From the IMG/VR virus record IMGVR_UViG_3300030328_002066, positions 5,510 to 69,509 of that record: a DNA stretch of 64,000 bases; one strand, 5' to 3'. Made by a program: the position numbers and the translations under genes. Under the pieces are notes generated by a model. The model worked only from the letters and a program-made list of their open reading frames with translations. It searched no databases and had not been told where the DNA came from. Positions 28,142 to 36,945 of this stretch are shown here, one piece after another. Positions within the stretch are counted from its first letter, which is position 1. Every line of letters starts with the position of its first letter. The DNA comes from a virus.

Positions 28142-29029
28142 ATGAATGAAGAGAACACACAGAATACTGAATCTATTGAAACCGAAGCACCTGTTACTCC
28201 TGCAGCTCCTGAACCTGGTTCTGATGAGTATAATGCTCGTATGGCTGCTGAAGGATCTGTAGCATTAGGAAATGTACCTGATAAGTTTAAAAACGAAGAC
28301 GGTACAGTTAACATGGAAGCGTTTTCCCAGTCTTATATGGAACTAGAAAAACAATTCCATGCTCCAAAAGAAGAACCCGCTGTTGAAGAAGCTTCTGACA
28401 CCGAGGTTCTTGACGGACCCGATGCTATTGTTGATGAGTTACGTGTCCCAGACGTTGATGAAACCGCTGAAAGTATCCAAGAACAAGCTCAGAGTGTTGG
28501 AATTACTCCTGAAGATTTAGGAGATATGACCAAAGAACTTATGCGAACTGGAGAAATCACTGAAGATCAACGTGGTGCTTTAAATAATAAGGGTGTTGAT
28601 GATCGAGTCATTGATGCTGTTATTGAAGGACAAAGAGCGCGTATGCGTCAGCAATATACAACCGCTGCAGAGTATGTAGGCGGTTCAGATAGATTATCAA
28701 AAATTTTTGGATGGGCTGCTCATAACCTCGACGAAGGACAGAGAGCCCACATTAACGCTGGCTTAGCTGGCGATGCAAGTGAAATTACGTTAAGAGGGCT
28801 TGCTTCTATGTACGACAAAGCAGTAGAAAATTCTCCTGCTCAAACGGAAATGCGGTCGGCTACTAAGCCGTCTCAAAACCCTGTCGGCAGAGAAGTAGTT
28901 CAAGGTTTTTCTACTAAGGCAGATTACTATGCTGCTTATGATCAACTTATGAAAAACCCTCACGATATAAACCTACGTAATGGTATTGAAGAACGTATGA
29001 GAAAAACTGATTGGACGACAATTGCCTAG
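28142..29029 (+). CDS. Capsid assembly scaffolding protein (T7 gp9-like)
   Basis: VPDKFK, SYMELEK, VGG...WA; acidic; upstream of capsid gene. Confidence 0.9.
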   Translation: MNEENTQNTESIETEAPVTPAAPEPGSDEYNARMAAEGSVALGNVPDKFKNEDGTVNMEAFSQSYMELEKQFHAPKEEPAVEEASDTEVLDGPDAIVDELRVPDVDETAESIQEQAQSVGITPEDLGDMTKELMRTGEITEDQRGALNNKGVDDRVIDAVIEGQRARMRQQYTTAAEYVGGSDRLSKIFGWAAHNLDEGQRAHINAGLAGDASEITLRGLASMYDKAVENSPAQTEMRSATKPSQNPVGREVVQGFSTKADYYAAYDQLMKNPHDINLRNGIEERMRKTDWTTIA

Positions 29030-29058
29030 CTACTCTAAGGATATAGCAAATCAATTTA

Positions 29059-29088
29059 AATCAACGGCCCGCAAGGATAACCGTGATT
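29059..29088 (+). promoter_or_regulatory. Structured element in capsid 5' leader
   Basis: AATC-A-ACGG / CCGT-GATT stem, asymmetric internal loop, CC-GCAA-GG GNRA hairpin. Confidence 0.5.
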
Positions 29089-29153
29089 AGTTAGAAGTAT
29101 AATCTTTATACAAACTTGTAAACTTTCAATTAACTAACAAAAGGATTAAAACA

Positions 29154-30497
29154 ATGCCAGGAACAGGCACAAACGTTAACTATGCTACGCCAGGTACTAT
29201 GTACGGGCGTACTGCTGCAGCTCAGACCACCGCTACTACTGGTGGTGCTGAGGGTACTAACAAACTATGGCTTCCTATTTGGAGTGGCGAAGTACTTCGT
29301 GCTTATGATCACTACCGCGTATTCGAGCCAATGGTAGAATCTCGAACAATTTCTTCTGGTCGACAGATGGAATTCCCAATCACTGGTACTGTTGCTATGA
29401 ACGAAGCATGGGGCGCTGGTGAAGAACTCGTCGGTAACGTCGAAGATCACGTTTCAAAAACCATTGCTGTTCAGCTTGATTCTAGACCCATCGCTGCTCA
29501 CTTTGAAATTGATAACATTGACCTTATGATTAGTCAGTGGGAGTTCCGTTCGGAACTAGCCCGCCAGGCTGGTCAAACTTTAGCTAACGCAAGAGACTTA
29601 CAGGTCGGTGCATATCTTGTTCGCGCTGGTTGCGAAGATTTGTTAGCCGCCGATCCTAGACTTGCTCAGTCAGGTGATTTATCTGACTGGCGACATAGTC
29701 TTGGAGGTGCTCCTCTTTTCCACATTGGTGGCGAAACTAGTGGAGTAAACCCAGTAAGAGGCAAAGCTAACTTAACTAACCTTTACTCAACAAGTGCATC
29801 TGCAGCAGCAGGCGGAGCTTTAGCTCTTCTAGAGTGCATCGAAGACTTTATGGTTCACCTTCAGGAAATTAATGCACCTACTACTGGTGTTTACTGCGCT
29901 GTTACTCCTCAGGTGTTCCACAACATTAGGGCTCTTGGTGTTGCTCGTGATACCACAGACTTGGCTGGTGGTGCTGGTCGTCCCATGTTTGGTGGCGTAG
30001 CTGAAGCTGGTGGCCTTGGCTCCGGTCTTAGTGACGGTATGATGGCTATCAGTGACTCTCTTGAGTACATGGGTTGTCGTATTGTTAAGACTAACCACTT
30101 ACCTAACTTTGATGCAACCCTTGCCACTGCAAAGATTGGTGAAACTAAGTACAATCTTAACTTCTCTTCGACCGCGCATACTGGATCTGGCAGCGATGCA
30201 GTTGACGGTCTTGGCGTAGGCGCTGTTATTTGGCAATCAGGTGCTGTTGCCTCTATTAGCAAGACTGGACTTAAGGTTGATACTGTTGATGATGTTCGTC
30301 GTAACACCGTCTTTACTGTAGCTTCAATGATGTCTGGTACTGGTGTTCTTAAGCCAGAACTTTGTTCGGTAGTTTCTACTATTGACATTGGAGAGCAAAC
30401 CGGATCTACCGTCGCTGATACTAAGGCATCTGCTCGTGGCCTACTTGGTATGGCTGCTCATTACGGCGTTGCCGCCGGTGGCGTAGCAAATAGCTGA
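29154..30497 (+). CDS. Major capsid protein (T7 gp10-like)
   Basis: LWLPIWSGEVL-x-AY, RTISSG...FP-x-TG, G-x-x-LA...D, IVKTNHLP, G-x-GVLKPE. Confidence 0.95.
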   Translation: MPGTGTNVNYATPGTMYGRTAAAQTTATTGGAEGTNKLWLPIWSGEVLRAYDHYRVFEPMVESRTISSGRQMEFPITGTVAMNEAWGAGEELVGNVEDHVSKTIAVQLDSRPIAAHFEIDNIDLMISQWEFRSELARQAGQTLANARDLQVGAYLVRAGCEDLLAADPRLAQSGDLSDWRHSLGGAPLFHIGGETSGVNPVRGKANLTNLYSTSASAAAGGALALLECIEDFMVHLQEINAPTTGVYCAVTPQVFHNIRALGVARDTTDLAGGAGRPMFGGVAEAGGLGSGLSDGMMAISDSLEYMGCRIVKTNHLPNFDATLATAKIGETKYNLNFSSTAHTGSGSDAVDGLGVGAVIWQSGAVASISKTGLKVDTVDDVRRNTVFTVASMMSGTGVLKPELCSVVSTIDIGEQTGSTVADTKASARGLLGMAAHYGVAAGGVANS

Positions 30498-30503
30498 TAA
30501 ATT

Positions 30504-30583
30504 AGACTGAAAGGAACCTTTATGGTTTTAGTTATCTCCGTACAAAGGGGGTGATTCAGTCTCGCCAGTGGTATTGAATGGCG
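30504..30583 (+). ncRNA. Putative structured RNA in capsid 3' UTR with 16S-complementary tract
   Basis: AGACTGAA/TTCAGTCT closing stem with two inner hairpins, then a CGCCA/TGGCG hairpin. Confidence 0.45.
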
Positions 30584-30600
30584 TTAAATCCACAATTAAC

Positions 30601-30643
30601 CCGGTCTCTAAGGGAAACCTTAGGGACCGGCTTTTTTTGTTTT
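30601..30643 (+). terminator. T-phi-like terminator after capsid gene
   Basis: CCGGTCTCTAAGG-GAAA-CCTTAGGGACCGG then CTTTTTTTGTTTT. Confidence 0.9.
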
Positions 30644-30665
30644 ACTATATATATAGGAGAAATCT

Positions 30666-31319
30666 ATGGGAGCTTATACAAAACTCCAAGCGATAAATGA
30701 AATGCTTCTGTTCTCCGGAGAAACGCCTGTAAGCGACTTGTCTGGGAACTCTGGAGTAGATACATCTATTGCAGAATCTATTTTAAACCAGAAGACTACG
30801 GATGCACAGGCACGAGGGTTAGCTGACAACATTACTATTAGAGATTTTACTATCGCTAGCGATGGTCGGATTGAGTTACCGTCTGATCTTTTATCAGCAA
30901 ATATGTTAAGTAATGTATCAGCTTCTCATAACGATGTTACATATGCTAGGGTTGTAACCAGGGGGTGGGAAAGTGGAACACCTTATTTTTATAACCTTAC
31001 AGATAATACTGACGTATTTACAGCAGGTACTTATACAGCAGAAATCATTTTAAGCGTAGCTTGGGACGACCTTATTACATCTGTCCAAAAAGACATTATG
31101 ATGCAAGCTTCTAGGCAATATCAAATGCTTACTCAAGGTGATGGAGCGGTTGATAATTACCTTGCTCAATTAGAACTTTATTACGGGGCTAAATCTAAAG
31201 GCGCTGATACTAGAAACAAAGGTTACAACATACTTAATCTAAATACAGCTGCTCGCAAAGCTTCGGAAAGACAAAATAGACAAGATCCAGATAGATTTCG
31301 TTATTGGAAAACTTCTTAA
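30666..31319 (+). CDS. Tail tubular protein A (T7 gp11-like)
   Basis: TKLQAINEML...GETPV, YNLTDNT; position after capsid. Confidence 0.9.
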   Translation: MGAYTKLQAINEMLLFSGETPVSDLSGNSGVDTSIAESILNQKTTDAQARGLADNITIRDFTIASDGRIELPSDLLSANMLSNVSASHNDVTYARVVTRGWESGTPYFYNLTDNTDVFTAGTYTAEIILSVAWDDLITSVQKDIMMQASRQYQMLTQGDGAVDNYLAQLELYYGAKSKGADTRNKGYNILNLNTAARKASERQNRQDPDRFRYWKTS

Positions 31320-31332
31320 TAAAGGGATATAA

Positions 31333-34300
31333 ATGCCAACTTTAAATAAAAATGCTAGATATCCTAGTACTAATAATAGAATTGCGATTCCTACGTTATC
31401 TGGTGGTGTTGGCAGACAAGCTCCTCCTAAAAGAGCTATCAATGAGGCTCAAAACTTAGATAACATTTTAGTAACCTTAGAAAGATCTGTTGAAAAAAGA
31501 GCAGGTACTAATTTTATTAGGCGATATAATAACGCTGCTATGACTACTATTGATAATGTTTTAGACGATGGAGTTCCTACTTCTGATCCCAGAAACTTTG
31601 GAGCTTTAAGTCTAAACGATAGAACTACGTCAGCAGATTATAAATTCTTTTGGTTTCAAATAGCTGAAGATCAGAGGTATTTAATTGCGGTTAATTTTAG
31701 AGACGCTGCTAGCGTAGGCGCTCCTACGTCAACAGAAAAGTCTAATTACATGCAGATTTTTAAGGTTACTAAGACTGGCTTTATTGCGTGTAATTTATCT
31801 GGACATAATACAGACGCTATGTTTAACTACTTCACCTATAAAGACGGTGATACTACACTAACAAGCGATGATTCATTATCGTCCATTACACTTGGTCCTC
31901 AGATGCTTTTTAATAACAAGCACGTTAAAGCTGGTTATACAAGCAAGCTAAAAACTTTTGTTCAAACCGATGTAGATGCTGGTGTTCGTTTGGAAACCAA
32001 AGAAAACATTAGCAGTGGAGTTCCAGGCGATGGTACGCAAGCTGGTGTTGCCGTTACGTTAAACCAGACTGCTTGGTGTACTGTAGGTTTAGACGGGGAG
32101 TTTGACACTTATACAAGCGCTGCATCTGGCTCTTCGAAAACACACTATGTCGAAGACACTAAAGGAAGAAAATTAGTATACTTTAGCACTACTCCAGTAG
32201 ACACTGAAGGTCAAGCAAGTGTATATGTTGACGGTAAGTTTTATGTGAAAAACGATCAGGTTTTTGTTTCGGTTCCTGCGGGAACTGATTTAAGTCCTTA
32301 TCTATTAAACGATGTAAGTGGTTCAGGTAATCTTAAATTTAGTACTAATGTTGATGACGCTGATACTTACAAATCTGTTCAAATTGATATACCTACGTCT
32401 TTACGTGATATAGGTGTTACAGAAATACAAGCAGATGAAAACGGGACTGGCAATGAGTCGGTTACATTTATAATTAATGACGAAGATAAACAAAAAGCTT
32501 TTAAAACCTTAGATCGTTTTATTATAAACGGAACAGACCTTGAACCAGATAGAGCAAGCCTTACAGGAGATGGAAGTGCTTCTACTCCGTGGAAAGCTAC
32601 TTTTACAACTGGTGTGGGTTATACAGCTCCCGCTACTATTCTTACAGATATAGAATCTGCCTGGGATTCTGCTGACGATTCAGATAACGATGATAACGGT
32701 TCATTTCCTTTTAACATATCTTACGATTTCGCAGGATCTATTAACTTAGGCCTGACTATGCCAGCTTCTTTAAGCGATTATATTGACTCTGATAATATAA
32801 CAAATAATACCTACGGATCTAGTTACACTTTAGTATTTACATGTCTTCGAGACGGTAGTTCTAATGGAGCTTTATCTCTCGGTTCTGTTATACCAGCGTA
32901 TGCTACAGAAGCTTCTAGTACAGAGTCTTACTTTGGCCTTAGATCAGATGACGATGGTGGTCCTTTAGCTAAGTTTATTCCAGTACAAGACTGGCAATAC
33001 CCAGACGCTACTAGAAGATATCTAGGAAACCAATTAGCTGATTTTTCAGAGTTTAATTTTCCCCCTAGATCTAACGAAACGACTCTTGAAAGTGACGGGT
33101 CTCCTGAAAAAGAAGGTAGTACTGTAATCTATACAAGATTCAATCAACCGCCTACTTTAATGGAAGACCGTGTAGAAAACACTTTAAAAGAACTTTACAC
33201 AGATCTTTCTAACGGAAAAGGAAAAATTTATTATGTTGAAAACTCGTATGCGGGTGAAGTGCCGGGTTACTACATAATTAAAAGCGCATCAGAAACCCCT
33301 TATTCGCTTCTTGTACGAACACCGGAAGAATACTCTGTTTTTGACGCGGATCGTTTTCCTAAAATACTTAAACTAGATAGTACAACTCCTTTTGACGGTA
33401 ATAATATTGAAAACTTTGTTGTTGAAAACATGGCTCTTGAAGAGCGTAGATCTGGAAATTTAAATACTAACCCAGGACCTGAAGCTTTTAAAGATGGAAA
33501 ACAAACCCAGATTAAAAGCTTAGCCTTTTTTAGAGATAGGCTGTTCTTATCTGCTGGAGATACAGTATTTTCTTCTCGCACCGGAGATTTTTCTGACCTG
33601 TGGGCTCAGAATCCCGGCGTTGTAGCAGACACCGATCCTATTGATGTTCGTTTATCTACTAATAAGTATGCGGAAGTAGAGTCTATGACTCCATTCGCTT
33701 CTAGTTTATTTATCAATACGGGTTCAGATATTCAGTTTAGTTTAAAGGGATCAGAAAACAACATTACTCCCTTTACGGCTGAGGTAAGTCCAACAGCTTT
33801 TTATTCTACGTCTCCTTTAGTAGATCCTGTTTTGTTGGGCTCTCAGATTTATTTCTTTGCGCCTAAGAGAGCGTACATTTACTTTAACGATGCAACTGTT
33901 TCAGTTAACCAGGCTATAGAAGTTAGCCTTAATTGTCCTAACTATTTACCATCTAATTATGGAGACGTTACATCTATACCTGGCTATGATTCCTTATGTA
34001 TGATTGACAAAGATAATAGAAAATTTCTTTATGTATATACTAATAGATATCAAGGCGCTGACGTAGTTCAAAACGCTTTCTTTAGATATATATACGATGA
34101 AGATTTAATGTCAGTTAATTCGTATGATAACGATTTATACTTTGTTAGTCGACAAGAAAACCTGGCAGAGCCTACGAATAAATACAAGTATTTCTTAGGT
34201 TATCAGAAATTCTATGAGAATAATAATGCTATTCCTAGATTAGATCATATGATTACTTTTGATGAGTCGTTAACAGATGGAAGCGGAGAACACGCTACTG

Positions 34301-34917
34301 GATCTATTGTATATGCTGGTAGTAATACTACTATAAAAGTAAAGTTTTATGGTAACGCTGCTCCAGATACAATGTACATAGCTACAGGCGATTCAAGAGA
34401 GTCTAGAGCGGGTGAGGTTTATAACCTATCTGAATATTCGACCACTCTTAGTAATGGCGTGCTTCAGGTAGTAATACCAGAAAATCTTACAACTACTGGA
34501 AAGTTCCGTAAGTTTATTTTTGGTACTTCTTTTAATAGCACTATTGAGCTTTCTCCTCAGTTTATCAGAGATGAAAGAAATAACGTAGTTGAAGGTGTGT
34601 TATCCCTTAGGACTCTACACTTACAACATCATAATACGGGTACTTATAGGATTGAAAAATCTACAAGAGGACGAAGAGCTGAGGCTCTTGTATTTAGTCC
34701 ATCTGAATTAGATGGGTATACTTCCGATGGTATATTCGATCCTGACGACGCTCCTTTACCTTTCTATGAAAAGCAGGGAGAAACCTATACAAAAATTATG
34801 GGATACGCGGCTGAGACTGGCATCTTTATTGTTTCAGATTATCCTAATCCTATGAATATTGCACAAATAGAACTCAAGGGCAAGTTCACGAATAGAACTT
34901 CGGGATTTGTCCGTTAG
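31333..34917 (+). CDS. Tail tubular protein B (T7 gp12-like), enlarged
   Basis: IPTLSGGVGRQ, KRAGT, RRSG...NP-x-P-x-F, FFRDRL, SRTGDF, DTDPID. Confidence 0.9.
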   Translation: MPTLNKNARYPSTNNRIAIPTLSGGVGRQAPPKRAINEAQNLDNILVTLERSVEKRAGTNFIRRYNNAAMTTIDNVLDDGVPTSDPRNFGALSLNDRTTSADYKFFWFQIAEDQRYLIAVNFRDAASVGAPTSTEKSNYMQIFKVTKTGFIACNLSGHNTDAMFNYFTYKDGDTTLTSDDSLSSITLGPQMLFNNKHVKAGYTSKLKTFVQTDVDAGVRLETKENISSGVPGDGTQAGVAVTLNQTAWCTVGLDGEFDTYTSAASGSSKTHYVEDTKGRKLVYFSTTPVDTEGQASVYVDGKFYVKNDQVFVSVPAGTDLSPYLLNDVSGSGNLKFSTNVDDADTYKSVQIDIPTSLRDIGVTEIQADENGTGNESVTFIINDEDKQKAFKTLDRFIINGTDLEPDRASLTGDGSASTPWKATFTTGVGYTAPATILTDIESAWDSADDSDNDDNGSFPFNISYDFAGSINLGLTMPASLSDYIDSDNITNNTYGSSYTLVFTCLRDGSSNGALSLGSVIPAYATEASSTESYFGLRSDDDGGPLAKFIPVQDWQYPDATRRYLGNQLADFSEFNFPPRSNETTLESDGSPEKEGSTVIYTRFNQPPTLMEDRVENTLKELYTDLSNGKGKIYYVENSYAGEVPGYYIIKSASETPYSLLVRTPEEYSVFDADRFPKILKLDSTTPFDGNNIENFVVENMALEERRSGNLNTNPGPEAFKDGKQTQIKSLAFFRDRLFLSAGDTVFSSRTGDFSDLWAQNPGVVADTDPIDVRLSTNKYAEVESMTPFASSLFINTGSDIQFSLKGSENNITPFTAEVSPTAFYSTSPLVDPVLLGSQIYFFAPKRAYIYFNDATVSVNQAIEVSLNCPNYLPSNYGDVTSIPGYDSLCMIDKDNRKFLYVYTNRYQGADVVQNAFFRYIYDEDLMSVNSYDNDLYFVSRQENLAEPTNKYKYFLGYQKFYENNNAIPRLDHMITFDESLTDGSGEHATGSIVYAGSNTTIKVKFYGNAAPDTMYIATGDSRESRAGEVYNLSEYSTTLSNGVLQVVIPENLTTTGKFRKFIFGTSFNSTIELSPQFIRDERNNVVEGVLSLRTLHLQHHNTGTYRIEKSTRGRRAEALVFSPSELDGYTSDGIFDPDDAPLPFYEKQGETYTKIMGYAAETGIFIVSDYPNPMNIAQIELKGKFTNRTSGFVR

Positions 34918-34932
34918 TGTTCTCTCTTTTAG

Positions 34933-34972
34933 CTCTCGGCTTTCCTTCGGGAAAGTCGGGGGTTTTCTTTTT
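34933..34972 (+). terminator. Intrinsic terminator
   Basis: CTCTCGGCTTTCC-TTCG-GGAAAGTCGGGGG then TTTTCTTTTT. Confidence 0.85.
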
Positions 34973-34983
34973 ACGGAGATATT

Positions 34984-36933
34984 ATGGCTTATGATAGCAC
35001 AATCGCTGGTTACGCAGTAGATAGAGACTACTCTAGAACGGTGAACATAGGATCTTGTAACATTCCTTTTGTCAGATCTTTTAGAATACGAGAAACATCG
35101 TTTGACTCTCATACTCTTACTATTAACCAGACTAAATTAATAGGTACTTATCCTACAAGAGCCGCCGCTTTTGGCGCTCTTGTAGGGTGTGTTAAAGCAG
35201 CAGGCGGCGGAGAAGATTCCGCTATCAAATCTATTGAAAATATGATTGACAATAATCGCGGTATATTTGAAGCGGGTATTGTTGATCGAGTAGGATCTTA
35301 CGGATTAAACCGAGTAGCAGGTCTTTTAATGGAAGGTTGCAATGCTCTTGTTTTTGGTGACTCTTATTCGTACGCGTACATGAATATTGGTAGGCCAAAA
35401 TCATGGCGACCTAAGAATTGGGTAGGCGGCCTAGTAATGGGAGCTAACTCATCTGGTATGCCTTCATCAGATGGACCTTATGCTACAGGAGCTACTAGTG
35501 GAGGTAGTGGTGATCCGCCTGCTTATAACTACGCTGGTAACACAACAACTTTTATTTCTGATACCGATGCAACTGAATCCGACCCGGCAACTATAACAAG
35601 TACAGCCTGGGGAAAAACTAAATATTATAAAATTACGGGGACTATTGGTGAAAACCCTAAGATGTGGAACGGTTGGTTTAATAAAGGCGGTTTTTCAACA
35701 AACGGTGGTTTTAGCGCTGGTGTATATTTAAACGAAGACGGAACCCAAAATTACTTCTTTCCAAACGGATATACAGCTTCTGTAATTCTTGAGCAAAACC
35801 TTAATACAATAACATCGTTTAATTTGTTTCAAGGTAGTAATCAATGGCATTCTGGTAGCGGAACTCCTAACTGGTATAGAGAAATTACTTGTACTGAGAC
35901 TAATCCTGCTGATTGGACAGTTACGGCACACGGTAGCGCGGATTCTAATGGACCGATTTTTAAATCATCAGCTTCTTCAGGCACTCCAGAATTCGGCGCT
36001 ATTGAACTAACAAACCCAAGTTTCACCGCTTCCCCTCTTAATGATGACGTATATTTGTCTTTACAGTCAACTGGAGATGCTCATACTAACGAGCTTATAG
36101 GCGCTTACTCTTTTGCGTTTAAATCAACAGAATCTACTAAAGGACTTTGGTTAGGCCATATAGGGTTTGGTGGTAAAAGAGCAACTGATTTTACGGCTAA
36201 AGTTAGTAACGAATATCTAAAGTTTCTAATAGATACAATGTACGATGTTGATGTATGCATTCTTCAGTTTGCTCATAATGATTTTGCTTCAGCTGTTACT
36301 GGAGCGGGTTTAAAGACTAATATAGAAGGCGCTATTAATAAAATAAGAGCCGCTGTTGCTAAAAAGGATTTACGATTCTTAGTTATTCTTACGCAAGAAA
36401 CGTCTTCTGGCGCTATTCCCTCTTCAAGTAGATCATCTGGTGTGACCGGCATTCCTGATGGAAAAATACTGAAGGGTAATTTCTACGATAAATATAGAGA
36501 TGCTTCAATAGAGCTTAGAAAACTTGTAGATGAATATAGCGATGTAGCTTTCTTAGACGATTATCAACTGCTGAAACAAACTTATTCTTATACCGTCGAT
36601 GCCGATGCCGCTGGCACAGGCACTCCAGCAACAGCCGAAGATTGGGGATCTTTTGGTGCTTTAAAATCGTTCCAACTTACCTGGAACGACACTACTGTCA
36701 CTAATCCCTTTGGAACAGGATCTGCTGCTCTTCCTTTCTATAAACCAGAATCCTCAGACACAGTACCCGCCGCTGATCAAGGTATTCATCCTCTTATTGA
36801 TACAACTGCCGAATCCGACGAAACTGACCCTGGAACCGGAACTCCAATAGTAACTGATCCAACCGTCCATGATGGTGTTAGTTTAGTAGGTAATTATGAG
36901 TGGACTGAAATTAAAGCTGTCTATGAGCTATAA
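34984..36933 (+). CDS. Tail-associated SGNH/GDSL hydrolase-like protein
   Basis: Block I VFGDSY, block II GFGG, block III FAHND, block V QGIHP. Confidence 0.65.
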   Translation: MAYDSTIAGYAVDRDYSRTVNIGSCNIPFVRSFRIRETSFDSHTLTINQTKLIGTYPTRAAAFGALVGCVKAAGGGEDSAIKSIENMIDNNRGIFEAGIVDRVGSYGLNRVAGLLMEGCNALVFGDSYSYAYMNIGRPKSWRPKNWVGGLVMGANSSGMPSSDGPYATGATSGGSGDPPAYNYAGNTTTFISDTDATESDPATITSTAWGKTKYYKITGTIGENPKMWNGWFNKGGFSTNGGFSAGVYLNEDGTQNYFFPNGYTASVILEQNLNTITSFNLFQGSNQWHSGSGTPNWYREITCTETNPADWTVTAHGSADSNGPIFKSSASSGTPEFGAIELTNPSFTASPLNDDVYLSLQSTGDAHTNELIGAYSFAFKSTESTKGLWLGHIGFGGKRATDFTAKVSNEYLKFLIDTMYDVDVCILQFAHNDFASAVTGAGLKTNIEGAINKIRAAVAKKDLRFLVILTQETSSGAIPSSSRSSGVTGIPDGKILKGNFYDKYRDASIELRKLVDEYSDVAFLDDYQLLKQTYSYTVDADAAGTGTPATAEDWGSFGALKSFQLTWNDTTVTNPFGTGSAALPFYKPESSDTVPAADQGIHPLIDTTAESDETDPGTGTPIVTDPTVHDGVSLVGNYEWTEIKAVYEL

Positions 36934-36945
36934 AAAGGAATAAAA

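Noticed and set aside
30440-30600. T7 10B-style capsid frameshift extension
   Set aside because: No evident slippery site, tandem TGA TAA stops, and no long alternative frame after the gene
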